Assembly (NCBI GenBank): GCA_035703635.1
Contig: DASSXV010000055.1
Location: 1 to 27,108, forward strand
Length of the DNA: 27,108 nucleotides
DNA from: Trueperaceae bacterium
Lineage (GTDB): Bacteria; Deinococcota; Deinococci; Deinococcales; Trueperaceae
Reading direction: 5' to 3'
Part shown: piece after piece, positions 1 through 10,032 of the stretch
Position numbering within the stretch: position 1 is the first letter of the stretch
Layout: each line of letters begins with the position of its first letter
Program-made: the position numbers and the translations under genes
Notes under the pieces: generated by a model
Seen by the model: the letters and a program-made list of their open reading frames with translations, nothing else
Told to the model about the DNA's origin: nothing
Databases searched by the model: none

Positions 1-93
1 GGTGTCGACGACGTCCATGGCGAGCATGATGTCGTCGAGCGGCGGCGTTGCCTGCTTGGGCGCCGCGGGGTTGGGGGTAGCGGCGTCAGCCAT
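1..93 (-). CDS. N-terminus of DUF6384-like protein (partial, runs off the window edge)
   Basis: My translation from ATG 93 gives MADAATPNPAAPKQATPPLDDIMLAMDVVDT, open to position 1. LDD(I/V)MLAMDVVDT is the N-terminal motif I recall for DUF6384. It overlaps the upstream gene's stop by 8 bp (ATGGCTGA). Confidence 0.7.
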   Translation of the reverse strand, partial: MADAATPNPAAPKQATPPLDDIMLAMDVVDT

Positions 94-1300
94 CGAGGCT
101 GGTGAGTGCCGCCCCCTGCTCCGCTAGCCGCGCCAGGCGACGCTTGCCGTCCTCTACGGCAGTGCGGATCTCGGCGGCGTTCACTGTTGCCTGCTTGCGC
201 ATGTCGTCGATGATCTCGACGGAGCGCTCCTGGTAGTTGACGACCGACTCGACGAGGCGCTTGACGGACTCCGCTCGCACGGTAGGGCCGTAACCGGCTT
301 TGAGGGCGGCCTCCTGGACCTTGCCGCCGATGTCGGAGAGGGTGTCGAGCGAGTCGCTTACGCCCTTGGTCATGGCGTCGAGGGCGCGCGTGGACTCGTT
401 GAGGCCGAAGAGGCCCGTGAAGGTGGCGGTGAGGGCCGTCAGCACCGTCTCGTTGGTGCTGAAGAACGACACGGCTTGGGCGCGCACGCGTTCCTTGGCC
501 GTGTTCGTCTGCATGAGGCGCGCCATGACGACCTCTGACGTGTTGTACGAGATGGTGAGGTTGTCAGACAGGTCCTTGGCTATCTGGTAGCGCTTCTCGG
601 TGAGTTGCAGGGCGCGCACCTGCTCGTCACGCGCGAGTTCCAGGCGCGCGCGCTCGGCCAGGTCGTCGCCCGTGTAGGCGTCCACGGCGGACATGGAGTG
701 GTTGACGTTCTCCTTGGCGGCCGCCAGCTCGGCCTCGCCCTTCTTGAGCACCTCGAAGGCCAACACCTCTGACTCCTTGAGGGCGCCGCGGAAGTCGCGG
801 TACGCCTCGAGGATGATGTGCTCGCGCTGGATCTGGTCCTGCGCGTCCTTCGTAACGTCGAGGAAGGTGCCCTTGATCTTGTCGAAGCGGCTGGAGATGT
901 CGCCGCGCGAGACCTTCATCCATACGTTCGAGATGCGCTCGAAGGTACTCAGCTTGCCGTCGTCCAACTGGTCGACCATGGACTTGGCGTCGTCACGGAT
1001 GCTGTTGAACGACTTGGTGATGTCCTCGTAGCGCGTGCCGATCTCCATGGCCTCGACCTGCTTGCGCACGACGTCGTTGAAGAGCGACGCCTGCGCGAGG
1101 GTGCGCGTGATGGCCACCACGCGGTCGTGGTCCAGGTCCGAGATCTGGTCGAGGAGCGCGACGATCGGCGCTTCCTGGCTAGCGGTGTTCTCAGGCACGA
1201 GCCCGAGGTTGCGCAGGCTGCCGAGCGCCTTGTCGAGGTACTTGAGGGGCGTGCCGCGTGCGAGGTCGGCGGCAGTTGGGGTTGGCTGTTGATCTGTCAT
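86..1300 (-). CDS. Conserved coiled-coil protein (family usually annotated 'cell surface protein'; possibly TelA/toxic-anion-resistance-like)
   Basis: About 404-aa helical, charged ORF with no signal peptide or obvious TM segment. Preferred start is ATG 1300 (MTDQQ), with AAAGG upstream. Coupled to the DUF6384-like gene. Confidence 0.7.
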   Translation of the reverse strand: MTDQQPTPTAADLARGTPLKYLDKALGSLRNLGLVPENTASQEAPIVALLDQISDLDHDRVVAITRTLAQASLFNDVVRKQVEAMEIGTRYEDITKSFNSIRDDAKSMVDQLDDGKLSTFERISNVWMKVSRGDISSRFDKIKGTFLDVTKDAQDQIQREHIILEAYRDFRGALKESEVLAFEVLKKGEAELAAAKENVNHSMSAVDAYTGDDLAERARLELARDEQVRALQLTEKRYQIAKDLSDNLTISYNTSEVVMARLMQTNTAKERVRAQAVSFFSTNETVLTALTATFTGLFGLNESTRALDAMTKGVSDSLDTLSDIGGKVQEAALKAGYGPTVRAESVKRLVESVVNYQERSVEIIDDMRKQATVNAAEIRTAVEDGKRRLARLAEQGAALTSLDG

Positions 1301-1397
1301 GGCGTCGCCTTTCATGTGCCCCGTCAAGTGAGACGGGCTTGGCTCATCCGCTCAGGGGCAGCAGCGCACTTGGCTGCCGTCAGTCTCCATAATCATG

Positions 1398-1420
1398 AGG
1401 TTAGGACGTTGCGTACGCAA
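1398..1420 (-). promoter_or_regulatory. Putative -10 (TAACCT, 1403-1398) and perfect 12-bp palindrome TTGCGTACGCAA (1409-1420)
   Basis: Seen directly in the divergent intergenic region. The palindrome lies just upstream of the -10 element. Confidence 0.4.
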
Positions 1421-1469
1421 GTGCGAGGGACAAGCGCTGGCGCGCCGTTCGCGGTAGTAGGCTCCGAGC

Positions 1470-2549
1470 ATGCGAGAGACGCGCGCGCGGGTCCGCGGGC
1501 TAGGCGTGGCAGTCGGGGTGCTGCCGCCTGGCCCCCTCAACGCCATCACCGACGTAGCTGGAGTCCGTGTTGGCCACCACACCTTGATCGAGGGCGACGA
1601 CGTGCGCACCGGCGCCACCGTGCTCCTCACCCACTCTGACGATCCCTACTCGTGGCGCGTGCCCGCCGGGTTATGCGTCGGCAACGGCTACGGCAAGCTC
1701 GTGGGCGCAACTCAGGTGGTCGAGTTGGGGGAGCTGGAGACCCCGGTGGCCCTCACGAACACTCTGTGCGTGACGCGCGCGGCCGACGCCCTCATCGACT
1801 GGACCCTTGCCCAGCCTGGCAACGGGCGCGTTGGCAGCGTCAACCCGTTCGTCGGGGAGACCAACGACGGGCGCCTCAACGACATCCGCGCGCGGCGCGT
1901 GCAACCGGAGCACGTCCTGGCGGCGCTGGAGGGCGCCACGTCCGGGCCCGTTGCGCAGGGCAGCGTCGGGGCCGGCACCGGCACGCTGGCGTTCGGCTTC
2001 AAGGGCGGCATCGGTTCCGCCTCGCGGCGCCTGCCAGAGGAGTTGGGTGGTTGGACGCTTGGTGCGCTCGTGCAGTCGAACTTCGGCGGCGTGCTGCGAG
2101 TGGCTGGTCGGCCCGTCGGGTTGCGTGCAGGACGGCACTACCTGCGTGAGGAGTTGACGGCTGCCAGCAGCGGGGCGCCAGATGAGGCGGACGGCTCGAT
2201 CATGATGCTGCTCGCGACGGACGCTCCCCTCAGCTCAGCGAGCCTCACGCGCCTCGCGGCGCGCGCCATGGCCGGGTTGGCGCGCACCGGAGCGGCGTTC
2301 TCGAACGGCTCTGGCGATTACGCCCTGGCGTTCTCGACGGCGGAAGGCGTGAGGCGCCGCGCAGGCAGGGCGCCGCGGCTGCCGTGGCGCGAGGTAGGCA
2401 ACGACGACCTCTCTCCCTTGTTCCTTGCCGCCATCGAGGCGACGGAGGAGGCCATCTACGACTCGCTCTGCCTGGCGACCTCCGTCGTCGGTTACCGCGG
2501 CGCTGTCGGTGAGGCGCTACCGCTCGAGCTGATAACCGCAGGCGAGTGA
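1470..2549 (+). CDS. dmpA: DmpA-family (P1/S58) L-aminopeptidase/D-esterase
   Basis: Motifs NAITDVAGVRVGH, GNGYGKLVG, GETNDGRLNDI, VGAGTG, FKGGIGSASR, QSNFGG, the DG|SI autoproteolysis site, SNGSGD and EATEEAI. Confidence 0.9.
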   Translation: MRETRARVRGLGVAVGVLPPGPLNAITDVAGVRVGHHTLIEGDDVRTGATVLLTHSDDPYSWRVPAGLCVGNGYGKLVGATQVVELGELETPVALTNTLCVTRAADALIDWTLAQPGNGRVGSVNPFVGETNDGRLNDIRARRVQPEHVLAALEGATSGPVAQGSVGAGTGTLAFGFKGGIGSASRRLPEELGGWTLGALVQSNFGGVLRVAGRPVGLRAGRHYLREELTAASSGAPDEADGSIMMLLATDAPLSSASLTRLAARAMAGLARTGAAFSNGSGDYALAFSTAEGVRRRAGRAPRLPWREVGNDDLSPLFLAAIEATEEAIYDSLCLATSVVGYRGAVGEALPLELITAGE

Positions 2550-2587
2550 ACAAGGGGCCGTGACGGCGTGAGGCGGTAACCTCTGGA

Positions 2588-4279
2588 ATGTCATCGACTG
2601 TAAGCAAGTTCGTGGTTGCCGACATCGACCCAGACTCGTTCGTTCCGCGCATGCTCGCGCTGCTCGACGAGGAGGTGACGGCGGCAGACATGCCGGCTTT
2701 CCTCGTCAAGGTAGACGCCGTGTTCGTCGACTTCGGCGAGCTAGTAGCCGGCCTCGTGCGCGCCAAGGACGAGGACACGGCCGACGAGGACGCCAAGAAC
2801 GCCTTCCTCGACGTCGTCAGCCGTGTGATGCCAGAAGTGGAGCGCGTCGCCGACCAGCTCAACCGCAAGCTGCTGGCCGTGCCAGGCTACGAGCCGCCCG
2901 ACGACCTAGCGGGCGCGTGGGCCGACATGCGCGACGCCGTCCTGCTGTTCCGCGAGGAGAACCTCGAACTGGCTGCGGAGGAAGCGGCGCTTGGTCAACG
3001 TTACGGTGAGGTGACGGGCGCCCTGCGCGTTCACCTCGACGGCGAGGTGCTCACCCTCGGCCAAGCGCAGGCGAAGCTCGAGAGCCCTGACCGCGACCTG
3101 CGCGAGCGCGCGTACCGCGCCATAGTCGCCGGGCGGTCGGCGCTGCGCGCTGACCTCGACGAGGTGTTCGCGCGCCTCGTGCCGCTCCGCAGTGAGATGG
3201 CGCGGAACGCTGGCCTGCCGGACTACCGGGCCTTGGCTTGGCGCAACGCCAAGCGGCGCGAGTACACGCCGGAGGACACACTCCGCATGCACGAGGCGGT
3301 CGCGCGCGAGGTCGTGCCGCGCCTGCGCCGCGTGTACGAGCGGCGGGCCAACTACCTAGGCCTCGAGCGCCTGCGGCCATGGGACCTCGACTGCGACGTG
3401 CAGGGCCGCGAGCCGCTCAACCCGTTCGCGACGGTCGCCGAGCTGGAGGAGGGGCTGGCCCGCATGTTCCAGGCCCTCGATCCCGAGCTGGCGGCTGGTT
3501 ATGAACTCCTGCGCGGCGGCTGGATGGACCTCGAACCGCGCCCAACCAAAGTGCCCGGCCTTGGTTACCAGAACTACTTCCCGCGCTCGCGGCGCCCGTA
3601 CGTGTACTGGAGCGCCGTCGGCACCGACGACGACCTGCTCACCATGCGCCACGAGGCCGGTCATGCCTTCCATTCGGTGCTCACGCAGAACCGCTGGCCG
3701 CTGCAGTGGCACTTCTCGCACCGGCCTGAGATGAACGAACTCGCGTCGCAGGCCATGGAGCTCCTCACGCTGCCGTTCTTGAGGCGCGAACGTGGTGGCT
3801 TCTACGGGGAGGAGGACGCGCAGCGCTCGCAAGCCGCGCTCCTCGTGAGGGCCCTGACGCTGCTCGTGCGGGCCATGCAGATCGACGCGCTCCAGCACTT
3901 CGTTTACACGGTGGACGGCGTGACCACGGCCGACATCGACGCGCACTGGCTGGAGCAGCTCGAGCGCTTCGACGTCGGCGTCGACTACGCGGGCTTCGAG
4001 GATGCGGCCGCCAAGGGGTGGCAGATCATTCACGTCTACCTCTTCCCCTTCTATTACATCGAGTACGCCATGGCCTACCTTGGCGCACTGCAAGTATGGG
4101 AGAACGCCCGCCAGGACGCGCCGAAGGCGCTACGGCAGTACAAGGCCGCGCTGGAGTTGGGCGGTACAAAGCCGCTGAACGAGCTCTACGAGGCGGCGGG
4201 CGTGAGCTTCAAGTTCGACCAGGTGACGATCGCGCGTTTGGCTGACTTGGCCGTGGAGGCGTTGGGCGACGAAGCCTAG
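2588..4279 (+). CDS. M3B-family oligoendopeptidase
   Basis: 563 aa with HEAGH zinc motif, downstream E (ELASQAME), LRPWD, and C-terminal PFYYIEY and LELGG motifs. Confidence 0.9.
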   Translation: MSSTVSKFVVADIDPDSFVPRMLALLDEEVTAADMPAFLVKVDAVFVDFGELVAGLVRAKDEDTADEDAKNAFLDVVSRVMPEVERVADQLNRKLLAVPGYEPPDDLAGAWADMRDAVLLFREENLELAAEEAALGQRYGEVTGALRVHLDGEVLTLGQAQAKLESPDRDLRERAYRAIVAGRSALRADLDEVFARLVPLRSEMARNAGLPDYRALAWRNAKRREYTPEDTLRMHEAVAREVVPRLRRVYERRANYLGLERLRPWDLDCDVQGREPLNPFATVAELEEGLARMFQALDPELAAGYELLRGGWMDLEPRPTKVPGLGYQNYFPRSRRPYVYWSAVGTDDDLLTMRHEAGHAFHSVLTQNRWPLQWHFSHRPEMNELASQAMELLTLPFLRRERGGFYGEEDAQRSQAALLVRALTLLVRAMQIDALQHFVYTVDGVTTADIDAHWLEQLERFDVGVDYAGFEDAAAKGWQIIHVYLFPFYYIEYAMAYLGALQVWENARQDAPKALRQYKAALELGGTKPLNELYEAAGVSFKFDQVTIARLADLAVEALGDEA

Positions 4280-5223
4280 GCGCCGGTCGGCTCGTGTGGC
4301 GCGACCGCCAGCGCCCTGAACGCCCAGGCGGCGTGGCTGGCCAACTCCTCCGGCGGGTGCAGGAGTGTGAAGCGCCGCTTGAAGCCGGGATGGTCTATCG
4401 AGATGGCCACCAACTCGCCGCGTTGGGCCGCCTCCGCGACGGCGACGCGTGAGAGGACTGCCGCTCCTAAGCCCGCGCGCACCGCGAGCTTGATGGCCTC
4501 CGGCTCGCCCAACTCGAGGCGGACGTCGGGTTTGATGCCCGCTCCCGCTAGCGCCTGCTCGAGCACGTCGCGGGTGCCGGAGCCTGCCTCGCGTCCGACG
4601 AAGGCCAGTTCGTTCAGTTCTTGCGGGGCGACGCTGCTCCGTCTGGCCAGCGGGTGAGCTGGGTTGACGACGAGCACCAGCTCGTCGTCGTGGACGTCGG
4701 TTGCGGTGACGAGTCCCTTGGCGACGCCCGCCCAGCTGGCTGCCGGGGCCTCGACGAGCGCGAGGTCGACTTCGCCGGCCGTCAGCTCGTCGATGGCGGC
4801 GCGTGAGTTGCGCGTGTGCACTACCAAGGTGGCGCTTGGGTGGGCGGCGCAGAAGCGCGCTAGGCGCGACGGCAGCCAATAGAGGGCGATGGTCGTGCTG
4901 GCGGAGATGCGCAGGTTGGCGCCCACCAACCCGAGCGAGTCCTCAGCTAGTTGCTGCACGCCGTGCAAGACGCGTTCGAGCGCCTCCGCGTGCGGCAGGA
5001 GGCGCGCGCCGAGGACCGTGAGCCGCACGCCGCGGCCCGTGCGCGTGAAGAGCGGCTCGCCGAACGACTCCTCGAGGCGCTTGATGGCGGCCGTTATGGC
5101 CGGCTGGGTGCGGTGGAGTTGCTTGGAGGCCTGCGTGATAGTGCCGGAGCGCGCGACCACGAGGAACGCGTGCAGGAGGTGAGGTTCGATGTTCCTCTGC
5201 AGGAGGGTGGCGCGTAGGCTCAT
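4276..5223 (-). CDS. LysR-family transcriptional regulator (YeiE/CysL-like)
   Basis: N-terminal HTH (SGTITQASKQLHRTQPAITAAIKRLEE...LFTRTGRGVRLT) and CysL-like substrate domain (ASTTIA, REAGSGTR). Divergent from a yeiH-family gene. Confidence 0.92.
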   Translation of the reverse strand: MSLRATLLQRNIEPHLLHAFLVVARSGTITQASKQLHRTQPAITAAIKRLEESFGEPLFTRTGRGVRLTVLGARLLPHAEALERVLHGVQQLAEDSLGLVGANLRISASTTIALYWLPSRLARFCAAHPSATLVVHTRNSRAAIDELTAGEVDLALVEAPAASWAGVAKGLVTATDVHDDELVLVVNPAHPLARRSSVAPQELNELAFVGREAGSGTRDVLEQALAGAGIKPDVRLELGEPEAIKLAVRAGLGAAVLSRVAVAEAAQRGELVAISIDHPGFKRRFTLLHPPEELASHAAWAFRALAVAPHEPTGA

Positions 5224-5229
5224 GGGCTG

Positions 5230-5247
5230 AGTATAAGTCTGACTTAT
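5230..5247. promoter_or_regulatory. LysR recognition box ATAAGTC-T-GACTTAT (5233-5247) overlapping the lysR -10 (TATACT, 5235-5230)
   Basis: Perfect 7-1-7 palindrome containing T-N11-A, centred 65 bp upstream of the yeiH-like start. Confidence 0.8.
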
Positions 5248-5304
5248 GAGGCTATAAACTCAAAGCTTCTAGCCTTATGGCGCGGTCGGCCTTACGCTCG
5301 CACG

Positions 5305-6353
5305 ATGCTCGCTATACGCCTCTCACGCGCTACTACTTGGTTGCGACCGCTCCTGACCGGCCTCGGCGTCGTGGTCGTCATCACCTTCCTGGCGTTCGAG
5401 CTGGCGCGGCTGCCCGGCCTCAAGCTCCTTGGGCCGCTCGTGCTCGCCCTCCTTGGCGGGGCGGCGTGGCGGTTAGCCCGCTCTGGGCGCGTGGCGGGCG
5501 CCATGCCTGGTTCGCGCTTCGCGGCTAAGGTCTTGCTGAGGCTGGGGATCGTTCTGCTTGGCGTGCGCCTCGACATGCGCGCCCTTGCCGCGGTCGGGCC
5601 GACCGTCTTGGTTGGCAGCGCCCTTGGGATCCTCGTTGCGTTCACGGTGATCGAACTAGTAGGGCGCTCATGGGGTGTGGCGCGCGACCTGCGCCGCTCG
5701 ATCGCGGTCGGCACGGCGGTGTGCGGCGCTAGCGCCATCGCCGCGGCGCTTCCCGTCCTGCGCGCCGAGGAGAAGCACGCCTCGCTCTCGGTGGCCGTCG
5801 TCAGCGTGCTCGGCACGATCGGCGTGGTCGCGTTCGCCGCTTGGGATGGGCTGGCGCTGGTGTCGTCGCGCGTCGTGGCGGCCGTTGCCGGCGCGTCGCT
5901 CCAGGAGGTCGGGCACGTGGTGGCGGCCGGTGCCGCCGTTGGCGGCGTGGAAGGCGATCTCGCCCTCCTCGTCAAGCTCTCGCGAGTCGTGTTGCTCGCT
6001 CCCGTGCTCATGCTGCTCGGCTGGTGGCTGCGACGAGAGGCCGCCACCGACCCCGCTAGTGCTGCGGGCGCGCAAGCTGCGGGCCAACAGCGCCTTCCGC
6101 CGATCTTGCCAGGGTTCGTCATCGGCTTCCTCGCCCTGAGCGCCGTCACCAGCCTCGGTTGGCTGAGCGCGGATGGCGTGCGTTACCTAACCCTCGGCGG
6201 CACGCTCCTCACCGCGGCCGCGATGGCGGGTATCGGCCTCGGCGTGCAGTTCCGCGGCCTCGGCAAGGCGGGCCGTCAGGCCCTCGCGCTTGGGGTCGTC
6301 GGGTTCGTGGCTTTGCTAGCCGTGATGAGCACTTATTACGCGTTGACGCTTAG

Positions 6354-6357
<4 letters not shown>
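5305..6357 (+). CDS. yeiH: YeiH/UPF0324 putative sulfate exporter family membrane protein
   Basis: Multi-TM protein with LLRLGIVLLG, GTAVCGASAIAA, LQEVGHVVAAG, VKLSRV and AMAGIGL motifs. Divergent LysR partner present. Confidence 0.88.
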
Positions 6358-7967
<1,610 letters not shown>

Positions 7968-8079
7968 GCGGGAGCCAGTCTACTCGGTCGAGCCGGAAGG
8001 GATGGTGGCGCGAGTCGGGGCTGCGCGGCTGCGTGCTGCCGAGACCGTAGCGGGGCGCTGGCTGCCGTAAGGTGACCGC

Positions 8080-9234
8080 GTGAGTGAACCGTTCCTCGCG
8101 ACAGTGCATGCGACAAGCACCACGCTCAGTCCTAGCCGCCGCGAGGTGGTCGGCTTCGACCTAGAGGGCCGCCCGGTTCACTGGTTCGTTGACGGGGAGA
8201 CGTTCAAACGCTCGCTGGCGTCCGCGGTGTTCGGTAGGCGCAGCGTGGCTGGGGCGCGGCAGCGCTGGCGCGTGGAGGATGGCGAGGCAGAGCGCTTGTT
8301 CGACCGAGCCCTGGCGGTGGCGCGCTTAGCTACGGCTGGCGCGGTGGAGGCTGCCGGTGAGCCCCGCGAGCTTGGCGCGCGCCTCGACCGCATCCTCGCG
8401 TGGACACCCGAGCTGCTACGCGCTGAGCGCGAGCGTTTCCTGCGCTATTACCAGCCCGTCGCCATCCTCCCGCCAGACCAGTATCAAGCCGTAGTACTAC
8501 AAGCGAGCTTCGGCTGCAGCTGGAACCGCTGTACTTTCTGCACCTTCTACCAAGACCGGCCGTTCCGCATTCGACAGCCAGCCGACTTCGTCGAGCACGT
8601 CGCCGGCGTCAAGGAGCTGCTCGGGGCAGCGGCCGCCGGGCGCTCGAGCATCTTCCTCGCCGACGGCAACGCCCTGGTGCTCGCCAACTCGAAGCTGCGG
8701 CCGTTCTTCGAGGCCGCCAGCGCCACGTTCCCTCAGCGCCCCATCAACGCTTTCGTAGACGTGTTCTCTGGCGAGAAGAAGGGCAGCGAGCAGTGGCGCG
8801 AGCTGCGCGAGCTAGGGCTGAGGCGCGTGGCGATCGGGGTGGAGACGGGCCACGACGAGCTCCTCAGCTGGTTGAACAAGCCAGGCAGCGCCGCCGAGGC
8901 CGCCGAGTTCATCACGTGCCTGAAGGCGGCCGGTTTGAGCGTCTCCGTGATCCTGATGGTTGGCGTGGGCGGTGAACGCTTCGCTGCAGCGCACGTGGCA
9001 GACAGCCTCGCGCTGCTCGAGCGGCTGCCCCTTGGCCAAGACGACCTGGTGTACCTCTCGCCGTTCGTGCAACATCCCGGCTCCGCGTACGCCGAACGCG
9101 CCGCGGCTGCAGGAATGGCGCAGTTGGGAGAGGAGGCCGCTCAGGCGCAGTACCGCGCGCTGGCGGCTGGTGCTCGCGCGCGCGTGGGTGCGGCGAAAGT
9201 GGCGCTGTATCACATCGACGAGTTCGTCTACTGA
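8080..9234 (+). CDS. Radical SAM protein of unknown substrate with about 120-aa N-terminal extension
   Basis: CSWNRCTFC (CxxxCxxC), IFLADGNAL and GVETG motifs. GTG start 6 nt after TAAGGT. Confidence 0.88.
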   Translation: MSEPFLATVHATSTTLSPSRREVVGFDLEGRPVHWFVDGETFKRSLASAVFGRRSVAGARQRWRVEDGEAERLFDRALAVARLATAGAVEAAGEPRELGARLDRILAWTPELLRAERERFLRYYQPVAILPPDQYQAVVLQASFGCSWNRCTFCTFYQDRPFRIRQPADFVEHVAGVKELLGAAAAGRSSIFLADGNALVLANSKLRPFFEAASATFPQRPINAFVDVFSGEKKGSEQWRELRELGLRRVAIGVETGHDELLSWLNKPGSAAEAAEFITCLKAAGLSVSVILMVGVGGERFAAAHVADSLALLERLPLGQDDLVYLSPFVQHPGSAYAERAAAAGMAQLGEEAAQAQYRALAAGARARVGAAKVALYHIDEFVY

Positions 9235-9247
9235 CGCTACGGCAGAG

Positions 9248-9272
9248 AATAGTACTAAGGCGTGGTATCACA
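9248..9272. promoter_or_regulatory. AT-rich motif AATAGTAC-N9-GTATCACA, copy 1 (candidate RHH/HicB operator)
   Basis: 18/25 identical, with identical spacing, to 21320-21344 upstream of hicB. Confidence 0.55.
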
Positions 9273-9345
9273 CGGGCTGACCCACCAGCTCGTGCCGGCT
9301 GCCAGCAACTCACCCGCACCCGCGAGGAGGCCAACTAGTGGCGCG

Positions 9346-10032
9346 CTACCGCTTTCCGCGCCGGTAACCGATCAGCGCGACCCCGGCGCCGATCAGCGCG
9401 AGCGGCAGCATCCAACGACCGAGGCCCCCAGAGGGGTCGTTCACGAGCAACGTCAGTGCGGCCCACGCGAGCGCTGGCCAGAGCGCCCAGCGCGCGCCGC
9501 CCTGCTCGCGCGGGAGCAAGTAGACGAGGGTGAAAGTCGCGGTCATGCCAAGGAAGAAGATGACGCCGGAATCCCAGCTAGGGAGCAACTGGCCTACGGC
9601 CGCAACAGCCGCGAGGGTCGAAAAGAGCCCACCAACTACGGCGAAGCCCGTAGCGCGCCTGCGAGCGGTGGAGGCGGACGCGAACAGCAGCCAACTGAAG
9701 AGCGCGATGCTGGCGAGGGCGGCAACGCCCGCTAGTTGGTTGAGGGTTAGCATCGCGAACAACCCGAAGCCAGCAACGATCAGCACGGGCAGTCGGCGTG
9801 ACCAGCGGCCCCCGTCCTCCGCGCCGGGCCTACGGCGGCGCTCGATGAGGCGCCACGTCCAGGCCGCGGCAGTGAGGATGGCTGCTAGCCACACGACTTC
9901 GATGAGCACGCCACCAACGCCAAATCGCATCAGCAGCGCGGCGGCGCCGACGGCGACCAGCACCCACCCCGCCCGCGTGCCTGGCCGCCGCGCCCCGGTC
10001 GGTGCGCCGTTCTCGTTACGTGCTCGACTCAT
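9346..10032 (-). CDS. Polytopic membrane protein (accessory to the two-component system; paralog of 12407..13228)
   Basis: About 8 hydrophobic segments, an ATGA overlap with the kinase stop, and the motif FFLGMTATF...WALWPA. Confidence 0.8.
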   Translation of the reverse strand: MSRARNENGAPTGARRPGTRAGWVLVAVGAAALLMRFGVGGVLIEVVWLAAILTAAAWTWRLIERRRRPGAEDGGRWSRRLPVLIVAGFGLFAMLTLNQLAGVAALASIALFSWLLFASASTARRRATGFAVVGGLFSTLAAVAAVGQLLPSWDSGVIFFLGMTATFTLVYLLPREQGGARWALWPALAWAALTLLVNDPSGGLGRWMLPLALIGAGVALIGYRRGKR

